64,000 bases of DNA from an uncultured Trueperaceae bacterium. Its GTDB lineage: Bacteria; Deinococcota; Deinococci; Deinococcales; Trueperaceae. This document shows positions 39,395-49,714 of this stretch, piece by piece. A program made the translations under genes and the position numbers. Numbering within the stretch: the stretch's first letter is position 1; the number at the start of each line of letters is the position of its first letter. Under the pieces are notes generated by a model that was not told the DNA's origin, did no database searches, and worked only from the letters and a program-made list of their open reading frames with translations. Where the stretch lies: contig CAWCXJ010000005.1 in the NCBI GenBank assembly GCA_963799485.1, forward strand, positions 160,001 to 224,000. The letters are read 5' to 3'.

Positions 39395-39681
39395 CGCAAA
39401 CAGCTGCGACGCCCGAACAGGCTGCCGCGCTCACCGAGCTGCTAGAGCGCTGGGACGCCGAACTAAAACGCCTGATGGCCTACCCTGAGCTGTCTCAGGA
39501 CAGCGCGACTCGCCTCAATCAGAGCCGCCGCATTTTGCAGAATTACCGCCGCGTCTTAAAAGGCGACCTCGCCGAGGGGATCGAAAAGGTTCCGGCAGCT
39601 GAACTTTTTCGCGCCATCAGCACCGCCGAGGCGTCGTTAAAACAGTTGGCTGGTCTCGAGGCCACCTTCTCCAGGAGCTAG
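39391..39681 (+). CDS. Hypothetical helical protein
   Basis: ATGA-coupled to the flavin reductase; no motif recognised. Confidence 0.6.
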   Translation: MTQTAATPEQAAALTELLERWDAELKRLMAYPELSQDSATRLNQSRRILQNYRRVLKGDLAEGIEKVPAAELFRAISTAEASLKQLAGLEATFSRS

Positions 39682-39748
39682 TCCGGACATAGGGCCGAGC
39701 TTGTACCAAAACGGTTGCACTCAGGCGGATATAGTGTAAACTGTCTAT

Positions 39749-39817
39749 GAACTTTGAGGGTCGTATCTCCGCACCCCGCTGCCCCCCCCGGCGGAGATCC
39801 TCTCGAAGTTCTTTTTT
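39749..39817 (+). ncRNA. Candidate small RNA (or unusually long terminator) with a C-rich loop
   Basis: TTGCAC-16bp-TAAACT promoter-like motif at 39715-39742, then a hairpin GAACTTTGAGGG..ATCTCCGC / GCGGAGAT..CTCGAAGTTC with loop ACCCCGCTGCCCCCCCCG, then a T6 run. Confidence 0.45.
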
Positions 39818-40023
39818 ATTTCCTGCTACTTTTGTCTAGCCGTCGCTGCCGAAATACAGCGGTTTCTATATTCCTAAAAAACCTCTCGACTTCGTGCTTT
39901 GCCACTCGCACGGCCTAAGCGTGTGGTGCGCGTCACAGGTCAGCGCAGCTAAAACGTTGCTGAGATAAAAGCTTCGCTGGACACGCACAGAATTTTGCAA
40001 GTTGCTCGAGCGTAGCGTGCTTG

Positions 40024-40968
40024 CTAGCCTTTAATCCCCGACATCACCAAACCCCGGACGTAGTAGCGCTGCAACGTCAAAAAGACGAGCGCCAGTGGAA
40101 CGACCGAAACGGCTAGGGCGGCTTGCCGCAAAGACTGCCCCGAGGGGGTGTTGTACGCCGACTGCATCAGGTAGATACCGACGGTGAGCGGTTGCAAATC
40201 GGGGTTCGTCCGGGTGACGGTCAGCGTCCAGATAAACTCGTTCCACTGGTACAAAAACACGAACACGCCGAGGGTGACGAGCGCCGGTTTGAGAAGCGGC
40301 AACACCACGCTCCAGAAGATTCTAAACTCGTTTGCGCCGTCAATCCGCGCGGCGTCTAGAACCGCGTCCGGGATACTGACCATAAATTGCCGCATCAAAA
40401 AGATGCCGTAGTACGTCACCATAAACGGCAAGATAACCGCCGCGTAGGTGCCCAACAACCCGCCACCGCCCTGACCGAACACGTCGTTGCCGCCCGCCAG
40501 CGGAAAAAAACGCATGATAAAAAAGAGCGGAATCAAAAAGAGAAAAAAGGGAAACATCTGTGCGCCCAAAACGGCCCGGAAAATCGCGTCGCGCCCACGA
40601 AACTGGTATTTGGCCAAGGCAAACCCGGCCATCGTACTGGTGAGAAGTTGCAACATCGTAACGGTAGCGGTGATAAATAAGCTGTTCGCGTACCATTTGA
40701 GCATCGGCAGAGCGGTAAATACCTGCTGGTAAACGCTCCACTGCGCGACTTCAGGCCAAAAAATCGGTGGCGTCGCCACGCGTTCGGCGGGCGTCCGCAG
40801 TGCGCCGACGAACATCTCCAAAAACGGCAGCAACACGAGCAGCGCCCCGGCGCTGAGCAGCACATACTTTAAGATGCTCAAGAACAGCCGTAACCCTCTA
40901 GACGACCCTGCCGGGGGCCGCGTCGGTTCGCGCCGGGTCACGGCCTGGTTGCGTCCGGTAATAGCCAT
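40024..40968 (-). CDS. Carbohydrate ABC permease (MalG-like)
   Basis: EAA loop IPDAVLDAARIDGA; FLYQWNEFIW. Confidence 0.93.
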   Translation of the reverse strand: MAITGRNQAVTRREPTRPPAGSSRGLRLFLSILKYVLLSAGALLVLLPFLEMFVGALRTPAERVATPPIFWPEVAQWSVYQQVFTALPMLKWYANSLFITATVTMLQLLTSTMAGFALAKYQFRGRDAIFRAVLGAQMFPFFLFLIPLFFIMRFFPLAGGNDVFGQGGGGLLGTYAAVILPFMVTYYGIFLMRQFMVSIPDAVLDAARIDGANEFRIFWSVVLPLLKPALVTLGVFVFLYQWNEFIWTLTVTRTNPDLQPLTVGIYLMQSAYNTPSGQSLRQAALAVSVVPLALVFLTLQRYYVRGLVMSGIKG

Positions 40969-41903
40969 TAGTACGCCTCGAGCCCGCCGCGCCGAAAAAA
41001 GCGCAGCTGAACAGCGGTTAAAACGACGATAATCACAAACAGCACGAACGCCGCTGCCGACGCCCGCCCTAACCGTAAATCTTCAAACGCCGTCTGATAC
41101 ATATAAAACGCCGTCACGCTGGTACTACCCGCCGGGCCACCGTTCGTGAGCGCCAAAATCAGGTCGAACGCACCCATCCCGCTGATAAAACTCGTGACGG
41201 TGACGAACAGCAGCGTCGGGCGCAAGAGCGGCAGGGTGACGTGCCAAAAACTCTGCCAGATATTCGCTCCGTCGACCTGGGCAGCCTCGTCGTAAGAGCC
41301 GTCGATGCCCTCGAGTCCTGCTGAAAAGATCAGCATGTTCGCTCCCAAACCTGTCCAGATGGCAACGATAATCACCGCCCACATCGCGTAAGTCGGGTCG
41401 GTCAGCCAGTTGGGGCCAACAACCCCGAAAACGCCTAAAAGCCGGTTGAAGAGCCCGTAACGCCCGTCTAGAATAAACTGCCACAAGTAGGCGATAGCAA
41501 CGACGTTGGTGATCATCGGGAGCCAGTAGATAGAGCGCCAGAACGCCCGAAAACGGCTCTGCGTAAAGGTAAAAGCGACAAGTAGCGCCAGCGGAATCCC
41601 TAAAAATACCGTCCCGCCTGCGTAAAAAAGCGTATTGAGCAGCGAGCGCTGAAAACCGGCGTCTTGCAAGATAAAAGTAAAGTTGTCCAGCCCGATAAAG
41701 CGCGGCGCGGACAGTCCGTTCCAACGGGTAAAGGTCAGGTAGAGCGAAAACCCTACCGGGAGCAGGAAGAAAACGACGAAAAATACCAGCAGAGGGGCTA
41801 AAAAAACGTAAGGTGCCCAGTCTCTTTGTTGTCTTTTACGGCGTTGTCTTTTATGGTGGGGGTGGCCTGCAAGCGGCGCGCCCCCCGGTGAAGTTGTACT
41901 CAT
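40968..41903 (-). CDS. Carbohydrate ABC permease (MalF-like)
   Basis: FIGLDNF; YDEAAQVDGANIWQSFWHVTLPLL. Confidence 0.93.
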   Translation of the reverse strand: MSTTSPGGAPLAGHPHHKRQRRKRQQRDWAPYVFLAPLLVFFVVFFLLPVGFSLYLTFTRWNGLSAPRFIGLDNFTFILQDAGFQRSLLNTLFYAGGTVFLGIPLALLVAFTFTQSRFRAFWRSIYWLPMITNVVAIAYLWQFILDGRYGLFNRLLGVFGVVGPNWLTDPTYAMWAVIIVAIWTGLGANMLIFSAGLEGIDGSYDEAAQVDGANIWQSFWHVTLPLLRPTLLFVTVTSFISGMGAFDLILALTNGGPAGSTSVTAFYMYQTAFEDLRLGRASAAAFVLFVIIVVLTAVQLRFFRRGGLEAY

Positions 41904-41916
41904 CAGTCCCGTCTCA

Positions 41917-43167
41917 TTAGTAGAATTCAGCCAAGATGGCGCTGATTTCGCTGTCCGCTTGTGAGAGCGCAGCTTCGGGAGAGAGGTCGCCGCGGTAAGC
42001 TTGCGTCAGGTAGGTCTGCAAAATCGTTTCGATTTCAGACGCCTGGATCACGTTGGGTTCGGTGATCGAACGCTCCAAGGCGTCGGCGTAAGGTGCCGTA
42101 AAAAAGTCGCCGAGTTGGGCTTGGGCCGCTTGGATGTCGGCGTTGTTCGCCGTCAGCGCGCCGAGGTCAACGAGCATCGCGCCCATACAAGACGGGCCGC
42201 CCTCTTGCCGAGCGCTCGCCTGCGAGTTCAGCCACTTGATAAACGCCCACGACTCGTCCTGCACGTCACTGTTCGCGTCTACGCCGTAAAAAAAGGCGTA
42301 CTGCAAGCTCCGCCAGTCGTCACCCATAGGAATCTGACTGACGCCGACGGTCTCTTCAAAGGCGTCACCGAAGACCTCACGGTAGGTGCCCTCTTGCCAG
42401 CCGGCTTGAATGGTCATCGCTACGTCCCCGGCTTGAAAGGCGTCCGAATCGACGCTGAGGTCGGCGGAACCCGCGTCGAAAAGGCCGACCATCTCTTGCA
42501 GCGCTTCTAACGCCTCGGGAGAACCCAAGTTCGTTTCGGTAAAGTCGTCGCTAAAAAGCTCTATACCTTTGGAGTAGAGGAGCGTCAGGTACGGGTGTAC
42601 GACCCCGGCGACGCTCGGATAGTAGCCGGCGTAACCGATCTGGGTGGCGCGGCCCTGCGCGTCGCGTTTGGTCGTTGCCGCGGCGACCTGCATAAACTCG
42701 TCCCAGGTCGTCGGCGGCGCGTCGATACCCGCTTCTTCAAAAATCTTTTTGTTGTAGACAAGCAGGTAGTTCGATACTTCGGTCGGAACGCCCCACACTT
42801 GACCGTCGATGGTTACGGCGTCTACGGTGCTTGGCACGTAGCCGTCTGAAACGAAGCTCAACACGTCGTCGGGCGGCGTGGCGAGCAGGCCGTTATCGAC
42901 GAGCTGCGCGGCCCAGATCGAGTAGACGTGGTAGATGTCGGGGGACTGACCCCCCAGACGCGCCGTCAAGATGGTCTGGAGGTAATCACCGTAAGGAATC
43001 TGCTGATGGACGACCTTGACGCCGGTTTCTTGTTCGTACTGGGCAAAACAGGGCTCGAGTACCGCCACATTCTCCGGCGGATAGTGCGTTGCCAGCGTGA
43101 TGGTTTGCGCGGTCGCAGCTGAAAGCAAAGACACCACGCCCAGCGCTAAGGGTAACAATCTCTTCAT
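41917..43167 (-). CDS. Carbohydrate ABC substrate-binding protein (CUT1)
   Basis: Signal peptide; DGQVWGVP, LVYNKKIFEEAG and PPTTWDE motifs. Confidence 0.9.
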   Translation of the reverse strand: MKRLLPLALGVVSLLSAATAQTITLATHYPPENVAVLEPCFAQYEQETGVKVVHQQIPYGDYLQTILTARLGGQSPDIYHVYSIWAAQLVDNGLLATPPDDVLSFVSDGYVPSTVDAVTIDGQVWGVPTEVSNYLLVYNKKIFEEAGIDAPPTTWDEFMQVAAATTKRDAQGRATQIGYAGYYPSVAGVVHPYLTLLYSKGIELFSDDFTETNLGSPEALEALQEMVGLFDAGSADLSVDSDAFQAGDVAMTIQAGWQEGTYREVFGDAFEETVGVSQIPMGDDWRSLQYAFFYGVDANSDVQDESWAFIKWLNSQASARQEGGPSCMGAMLVDLGALTANNADIQAAQAQLGDFFTAPYADALERSITEPNVIQASEIETILQTYLTQAYRGDLSPEAALSQADSEISAILAEFY

Positions 43168-43455
43168 AAGTTTTCCCTTCGGTTTAGCAAAGTACGTTCT
43201 AGCTACCCGGGTATTTTACTTGGCTGAGCTGTAGCGCAAAAGCCGGGTCGATTACGTTTGTCCACTGTTTGGCTCAAGTCGCCGGGCAAAGTGTGTCAGG
43301 AAAAATAGCTTGATGCTAAGGGGCTCGAGAGATTGTTGCACCCGACTTGTACTCGACCCGAACCCGCGTACCCGGGCCGTAAACCTGCAACCTGTATATC
43401 CGCGTACTATCGGCGCGAGGTCATTTTGGGCTAAGATACCGCTCAGGAGGGCTTT

Positions 43456-43713
43456 ATGAGCTTTATTGCGTGGCTTGTTCTAGGTGCGCTCGCCGGTTGG
43501 ATTGCCAGCTTGATTGCCGGAACGAATCGGCAGCAGGGTTGCCTGATTGACATCATCGTCGGGATTGTCGGGGCGTTTATCGGCGGATATGTTTTCGACC
43601 TACTTAACGTTGGGCCGCAGGTCACGGGTTTTAATCTGCCGAGCTTGCTCGTTGCGGTTGTCGGCGCAGTGATTCTGCTCTTTATCGTCAAGGCGATTCA
43701 AGGGCGGCGTTAA
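43456..43713 (+). CDS. GlsB/YeaQ/YmgE-family membrane protein
   Basis: WLVLGALAGWIAS...IIVGIVGAFIGG...VAVVGAVILL; AGGAGG RBS. Confidence 0.92.
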   Translation: MSFIAWLVLGALAGWIASLIAGTNRQQGCLIDIIVGIVGAFIGGYVFDLLNVGPQVTGFNLPSLLVAVVGAVILLFIVKAIQGRR

Positions 43714-43738
43714 GCCGGGCTTCTCAGGCCGTTCAGCT

Positions 43739-43780
43739 AAAAAAGAACGACGTGGAGATAAACCTCCACGTCGTTTGTGT
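43739..43780 (-). terminator. Intrinsic terminator of the helicase gene
   Basis: AACGACGTGGAG-ataaac-CTCCACGTCGTT hairpin with a flanking A run (U tail on the minus strand). Confidence 0.8.
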
Positions 43781-43803
43781 TATCTGGAATTGCAGGGAAA
43801 GCC

Positions 43804-45417
43804 CTAGCGGCTGTAGCGAGAATTCCGCGAGCGGTTGTTGCTGTAATCCCGGTTGCTGCTACTCTCGACACGGCGGCGCGGGCGGCTGGACTGCCTGGGC
43901 TGTCTTTCAAAGGGGGCGGCTTCGACTGTTGTGGCGGTGCTGACGCTAAGCCCTTCGATGTCGGCGGGAAGCCCGGCAACTTCTTCAGGTTTGATGTCGG
44001 CGTACCCGCTTTGCAACCCGGCCTGTACGCGGCCCAGGTCACCGACCCCGGCTTGCTTCAGCAGACGTACGGTTTGCGGGACGCTCATCGGACGGCCCTG
44101 AAGCTGCACCGTCGTCCAGCCTTCCTCGCCGGTCAGGAGGCTGCGCGGAGCCGGCGCGCCGCCCAGCGTAAGGGCTAAAAATCCAGCGAGGGTGTCGGCG
44201 TCGCCGGTCTCGAGCCAGGTCTTGGCAACCTCTTGCCAGGTAGCTTTATCTTGCGCGCTCTGCCGGGCGATGCTGCGCCGGAGTCCGGCGAGCTTGGCCC
44301 CCTGAACGGCTTCGGGTTGAGGCGGCGCGGCGCGGTCGAGTTTACGCGAGATAGCGCGCTCGAGCATCGCTAACTCGCGGCGTTCGCGCGGACTCATCAG
44401 CAAGACGACGGTGCCAGCGCGGCCTGCGCGTCCGGTACGACCCGAACGGTGCTGATACCGCTCCATCTGCTCGGGGAAACGGTAGTGAACCACCAGATCG
44501 ACGTCGGGAATGTCGAGGCCGCGTGCGGCAACGTCGGTAGCGACCAGCACCGTTACCTGACCGGCGCGAAAACGGTCTAGCACGCGCTCGCGCTGCACCT
44601 GATTGAGGTCGCCGTGAACGGCTTCGGCGGCGTGACCCTGGGCGCTCAAGGTTTTGGCAAGCTCGTCGACTTCGGCTTTGGTGCGGGTAAAAACGATGGT
44701 GTGGCCCTGACCGTGAACGTGCAATACGTCGCTCAAAATACCCAAGCGGGCGCTTAGCGGCGCTTCGATGGCAATTTCCTTGTAGGACACCTCTTCGTCT
44801 TTGACGACGTTGGCCCGGAGCGGGTTGCGGAGGTGCCGTGCGGCGAGGCTTTCGGCCCAGCGCGGCAGCGTTGCAGAGAAGAGCATCGTTTGACGTTCGT
44901 CGGGTGTGGCAGAGAGGAGGAGTTCGACGTCTTCTTCAAAGCCGGCGTTGAGCATCTCGTCGGCTTCGTCCAGAACAACGACCTCGATGTGAGCGAGTTG
45001 CAGCAAGCCTTGTTTGTAGTAATCAATCGCGCGTCCGGGAGTAGCGACGACGATATCCACGCCGCGTTTTAGGTCGGCGGCTTGTTTGCCGTAGCCGGTA
45101 CCGCCGTAAACGCTCACGACGTTGAGGTCGGTGGCGAGCCACTCGAGCTCCCCGGCAACTTGTAGGGCGAGTTCGCGGGTCGGGGCGAGGATGAGCGCGC
45201 GGGGTGCGCGGCCCTTGGCGTTGTCGGATGCTAAACGGTGTGCGATGGGCAAGCCGAACGCCAGCGTTTTGCCGGTGCCGGTGCGGGCCAACCCGAGTAC
45301 GTCGCCGCCCTCTAGGGCGTGGCGCAGTGTGGCTTCTTGAATAGCGGTTTGCTCCGTGAAACCTTTGGCAGCAAGCGCACGCGCAACAGGTTCCCGCAAA
45401 GGGAAGTCTATAAACAT
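43804..45417 (-). CDS. DEAD-box RNA helicase (Hera-like)
   Basis: ARTGTGKT, PTRELA, DEAD, SAT, ARGLD and HRSGRTGRAG motifs; C-terminal dimerisation/RNA-binding region and an Arg/Ser-rich tail. Confidence 0.95.
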   Translation of the reverse strand: MFIDFPLREPVARALAAKGFTEQTAIQEATLRHALEGGDVLGLARTGTGKTLAFGLPIAHRLASDNAKGRAPRALILAPTRELALQVAGELEWLATDLNVVSVYGGTGYGKQAADLKRGVDIVVATPGRAIDYYKQGLLQLAHIEVVVLDEADEMLNAGFEEDVELLLSATPDERQTMLFSATLPRWAESLAARHLRNPLRANVVKDEEVSYKEIAIEAPLSARLGILSDVLHVHGQGHTIVFTRTKAEVDELAKTLSAQGHAAEAVHGDLNQVQRERVLDRFRAGQVTVLVATDVAARGLDIPDVDLVVHYRFPEQMERYQHRSGRTGRAGRAGTVVLLMSPRERRELAMLERAISRKLDRAAPPQPEAVQGAKLAGLRRSIARQSAQDKATWQEVAKTWLETGDADTLAGFLALTLGGAPAPRSLLTGEEGWTTVQLQGRPMSVPQTVRLLKQAGVGDLGRVQAGLQSGYADIKPEEVAGLPADIEGLSVSTATTVEAAPFERQPRQSSRPRRRVESSSNRDYSNNRSRNSRYSR

Positions 45418-45532
45418 ATGTTTCCTTTCTGGGCCTGCCCAAACCTTAGCCCATACTCAGAACCTGATTACGTTTTTTTCGGGGTTCAAAATTTGTGGGA
45501 TAGTAAGGCGCAGCAGGTGTGTGCCTTATCCA

Positions 45533-45561
45533 AGTGTAGGGGAGAGGGGCGATAAAGTCAA
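45533..45561 (-). promoter_or_regulatory. Promoter of the DEAD-box helicase gene
   Basis: Minus strand TTGACT-17bp-TACACT, about 115 nt upstream of the ATG. Confidence 0.7.
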
Positions 45562-45610
45562 CGTCCTGAACGACATTACTTAAACATTGGCTGTCAAACA
45601 AGCTCAAACC

Positions 45611-45960
45611 TTAAACAGGGGTCACAGCTTTGGCAAGAATCAGGTTGCCGTATTTGGCAGTTTCGCCGGTCATGACGACGGCAAAGGCGGCCCGCGCTCG
45701 GTCGTAAAAATCTTTTCCGGCGCTGTGCCCGATCAGCGGCGTACCGGAGTAAAAGCGGTTGGTAACGCTGCGAAACGCTCTTTCGACCTCCGGTTCGGCC
45801 TCGTCCCCGGCTGCCGGAGCCCTCATCACCCGCGGTGCCGGAACATACGCGTCGCGGGTGATGAGGGGCACGACGCCCGCGCACGCTGCGACCCTGATAC
45901 CGTCGGCACGGCTGATTTGGGGGTTACCCGAGCGCCCGCACAGATCAGCACTGTCCGGAT
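45611..45960 (-). pseudogene. RbsD/FucU-family mutarotase remnant
   Basis: C-terminal FYDRARAAFAVVMTGETAKYGNLILAK. An upstream ISRADGIRVAA fragment is in another frame, and the N-terminal MGHGD motif is missing. Confidence 0.75.
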
Positions 45961-45978
45961 AAAGATGTGGCGCGCCTA

Positions 45979-46935
45979 CTACTGCCGACGTTTGCGGAGC
46001 TGGTCGGTATAGACTACCGCGACGATAATCAGCCCCGTGATAATCGGTTGCCAGAACGGATTGACGCCCAAAAGGTTGCTGCCGTTATTGATGGTCGTCA
46101 GCAGGAGTGCGCCGATAAACGAACCGATAATCGAGCCTTCGGCCCCGAACAGGCTGGCCCCGCCGATCACCGACGCCGCAATCGCGTCGAGTTCGTAGTA
46201 GGTGCCGGCGGTCGGGATGCCGACGCTGATACGTGAAGCGAGCAAGATACCTGCAAGCGCGGCCAGGGTTGCAGAAACGGCGTAGGCCAGATAGATGGTA
46301 CGACCAATCTTGACGCCGCTCAAGCGGGACGCCTCGAGGTTACTCCCGACCGCGTAGATGTAGCGCCCGAAACGGCTTCGCTGCAACAAAATATACGTTA
46401 CGAGTCCGACGATAATCACGACCCAGAAAAGACTGGGGATGCCGAAAAACGTCGCTTGGGAGAAGTCCGAAAAACTTCTCGGCAAGCCGCCGATGCTCTG
46501 CCCATTGGTAATCAGCAGCGCCACCCCGCGCAACCCCACGAGCGATGCGAGCGTCATGATAAAGGGGGGCAACCCGAGATTGTAGACACCAAAACCGTGA
46601 TACACGCCAATCAGAGCGCCCAAGAGGAGCGTCAACAAGGCGGCGAGCGGAAACGGTACGCCCGCCTGATTGAGTAAGGCGAGCGTCACCCCGCTGAGCC
46701 CGACGACCGACCCTACCGAGAGGTCGATTCCGGCAGTGATGATGACGAACGTCTGCCCGAAGGCGACGAGTGCCCCGATAGACGTTTGCCGAACCAGGTT
46801 GCTGATATTTTGTCCGGTAAAAAAGGTATCGGTCGAAAGCGCCAGCCCGAGCCAGAGGAGCGCCAGGAGCCCGAACAGGGTGAGCTGCAGCAGCGTTTTA
46901 GGGTCGAAGCGGCGGGTTGCGGGTCGAGTTGCCAT
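45979..46935 (-). CDS. Monosaccharide ABC permease (RbsC-like)
   Basis: AGIDLSVGS, LPPFIMTL, GRYIYAVGSN and YELDAIAASVIGGASL motifs. Confidence 0.95.
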   Translation of the reverse strand: MATRPATRRFDPKTLLQLTLFGLLALLWLGLALSTDTFFTGQNISNLVRQTSIGALVAFGQTFVIITAGIDLSVGSVVGLSGVTLALLNQAGVPFPLAALLTLLLGALIGVYHGFGVYNLGLPPFIMTLASLVGLRGVALLITNGQSIGGLPRSFSDFSQATFFGIPSLFWVVIIVGLVTYILLQRSRFGRYIYAVGSNLEASRLSGVKIGRTIYLAYAVSATLAALAGILLASRISVGIPTAGTYYELDAIAASVIGGASLFGAEGSIIGSFIGALLLTTINNGSNLLGVNPFWQPIITGLIIVAVVYTDQLRKRRQ

Positions 46936-46944
46936 AGGGTTCCT

Positions 46945-48482
46945 TTACGCGCCGAGCGCCTGCTCCAAGATGGTCTCGCTGGGCGCGCTCTCGTGCGGAT
47001 AGCTGCCGACGAGCCTGCCTTCCCTGAAAACGTGGAGGGTGTCGCTCAGCTCTAAAACTTCGGGCAAGTACGACGAGACTAAAATGATGCCCGCACCTGC
47101 CCGGAGCAGCTCAGCGAAGAGTTTGTAAATCTTGAGCTTGGTCGATACGTCTACACCGGTCGTGGGCTCGTCGAAGATATAGACCTCCGCGCCGTGCGAG
47201 AGCCATTTGCCGACGACGACCTTTTGCTGGTTGCCGCCTGAGAGTTTGCCGACGGGCCGCGCGGCGGTAGGCGTGCGGATACTCAGGTTGACGATCTGTT
47301 CGTCGGCGTGCCGAGCCTCGAGTCCCCCCGCACCAAGCCAAAGCGGCTGAGGTGGCGGTAGCTCGGTAAGTTGAGGTTAAAGCCGACCGGCAGCGTCAAG
47401 CAGAGCCCCTGCAAACGGCGGCTTTCGGGGATGAGCGCAATCCCGTGTTCTACGGCGTTGGTCACGCTTTTGGGCCTAAACGCCCGACCTTCAAGCATGA
47501 TTTCCCCGGCGACCGGTTTGACGCGACCGAAGAGCGCCGCTAAAAACTCGCTGCGGCCCGCGCCGATAAGCCCAAAGAGCCCGATGATTTCGCCGCGCCG
47601 GAGCGACATACTGATGTCTTCAAAACCGGGGCCGGACAGCGCGCGCGTCTCGAGCAGCGTGTCGCCCTTTTCAAACGTTTCTTTGTAGTAGAGCTGCTCG
47701 AAGCTGCGCCCCGCCATGTCGCGGATAAGGCCGCTCCGGGTCGTTTCGGCGACGTTCCGGCTCGAGACCACCGCCCCGTCGCGCAAGACCGTGACCCGGT
47801 CGCAAAGATCGAACACCTCTTCAAGGCGGTGACTGATATAGACAATCGTTACGCCCTCGCCCTGAAGCCGCCGAATCAGCCGAAAGAGCCCCTGCGCCTC
47901 GTTGTTCGACAGGTACGCCGAGGGCTCATCGAAGATCAGCAGTTTGGTGCCCCTGGCACTCGCCCGCGCCGTCGCCACAAGCTGCTGCTGCCCGATGGTC
48001 AGGTCGCCCAAGCGCTGCCGCGCCGAGAGCTGAAACCCGAGGTCGTCCAAGAGCACCTGCGCGCGCCGGTTCATCTCGCCGCTCTGCACCAGCCCCAACC
48101 GGGTCGGTTCGTCGCCCAAAAAGATATTCTCCGCAACGCTCAAGGCGGGCGCGAGCGCGACTTCCTGGTGGACGGCGTTAATGCCTAGAGCTTGAGCCTC
48201 GAGCGGACTCCTCAACTGGGCCTCTTGACCTTGCCAGAAGATGCTGCCGCCGTCTTTTTGATGTGCACCCGTCAGAATTTTGATCAGCGTCGATTTGCCT
48301 GCGCCGTTCTCGCCGACGATACCGTGTGTCTCACCCCGACGAACGCTAAAACTTACCGCCTGAAGCGCGTGTGTGCCGGGAAAGCGTTTGTCGACACCTT
48401 GAAGTTCTAGAAGTACGTCTGTTTGTGCAACTGCGTCAGGCGTTCTAGAAACAGTGACGTGCCGAGTCGTTTGCTGGGTCAT
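46945..48482 (-). pseudogene. Monosaccharide ABC ATPase (RbsA-like), frameshifted in the G6 run at 47324-47329
   Basis: GENGAGKST and FDEPS in the first frame; LSGGNQQKVVVGKW...FDEPTTGVDV...SSYLPEV resumes in another frame. A G7 run would restore it. Confidence 0.85.
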
Positions 48483-48565
48483 AGGGGAGGTCCTGTCAAG
48501 ACACAACCTGCGGAGAAGCGGTACACTCCGCAGGCAAAATGCAATCTACTCTTGTTCTCGCACCG

Positions 48566-49528
48566 CTACTGCGCGCGGTTTTCCGGGTAGAGGAGGTCTT
48601 GCACCTCTTGGGTATCGAAGTTTTCTTGCGTCACGATGGTTACGCCCGTATCGATCTCTTTTTCGACCTCTTCGCCGTTGATGGCGGCGACAGCGGTTTT
48701 GACGCCTTCGTAACCCATGCGGTAGGGGTTTTGCACGACCAGCGCTTTAATCTGGCCCCCTTGCAGGTATTCGATCTCTGCGTCGTCGGAATCGAAGGCG
48801 ACGACGGCGACCTGAGCTTCAGCCCCGCGCTCGGCAATCGCACGTCCCGCCCCGACGCCCATCGGCAGGTTGTCGGCAAAAATGCCGACCAGATCGGGGT
48901 TGGCAACCAGGATGTCGAGCGTGTTCGACAGGGCTTGGTTGGCGTCGTTGTTGTTAAAGCGGTTGGCGACCTCGCTCAGACCGGGGTACTTTTTGAGGCC
49001 ATCGCGGAAACCTTCGTCGCGTTGGGAGAGCGAGCCGACACCGGGGAGCGCTGTGAGAATGGCAATCTGACCTTCGGCAGAACCTTTTTGTGCTTCAACG
49101 GCGTTGGCGAGCGCTTCGGCGGCGAGTTGTCCGGCGGCGAAGTTGTCGGTGGTCAAAAACGAGGTGTAGGCGTCGGTTTGGGCCGCAGAGTCGATCATGA
49201 TGATCGGGATACTTTCGGCGGCACGCTCAATCGGTGCGCCGAGGGGCTCGAGCGCCGTCGGCGCAATCACAATCGCGTCGGGACCTTGGGTAACAGCGTT
49301 TTCCAAAATCGATATCTGTCCGGCAATATCGGACTCTTCGGCTGCACCCTGGGTCGTCAGGTTGACGCCCAACTCCTCTGCGGCGGCTTCGGCCCCGGCA
49401 AAGACGGTTTGCCAGTACGGTGAGGTCGTGGCTTTGACGATAACGGTGATGTTTTGCGCCAGCGCATGGACTCCAGAAGCTAGCGTAAAGATCATAACCG
49501 AAGTCAAGAATAAGCGTTTAGGATGCAT
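48566..49528 (-). CDS. Monosaccharide ABC substrate-binding protein (RbsB-like)
   Basis: SPYWQTV, PDAIVIAP, TTDNFAAG, VVQNPYRMGY and IDTGV motifs. Confidence 0.93.
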   Translation of the reverse strand: MHPKRLFLTSVMIFTLASGVHALAQNITVIVKATTSPYWQTVFAGAEAAAEELGVNLTTQGAAEESDIAGQISILENAVTQGPDAIVIAPTALEPLGAPIERAAESIPIIMIDSAAQTDAYTSFLTTDNFAAGQLAAEALANAVEAQKGSAEGQIAILTALPGVGSLSQRDEGFRDGLKKYPGLSEVANRFNNNDANQALSNTLDILVANPDLVGIFADNLPMGVGAGRAIAERGAEAQVAVVAFDSDDAEIEYLQGGQIKALVVQNPYRMGYEGVKTAVAAINGEEVEKEIDTGVTIVTQENFDTQEVQDLLYPENRAQ

Positions 49529-49714
49529 AAAATTCCCTTCGAAAAGCTCGAGCTGACGAGTCGCAGCTCGCCCTAACTATTGCGGTCATAAAGCTCTGTC
49601 AGTTCTACCCCCAAAGCTGCACCCCCCAAAGCTGCACCAAGCCAGCGCGGCAACAAGAAGTGGAGTTGCTATGCCCGCGATAGCAGCGGAGTTGTTGATT
49701 GTGTACTGCTTAAA

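Noticed and set aside
36785..39681. P450-methyltransferase-flavin reductase biosynthetic cluster
   Set aside because: The genes alternate in orientation, there is no scaffold-forming enzyme, and all are common stand-alone families.
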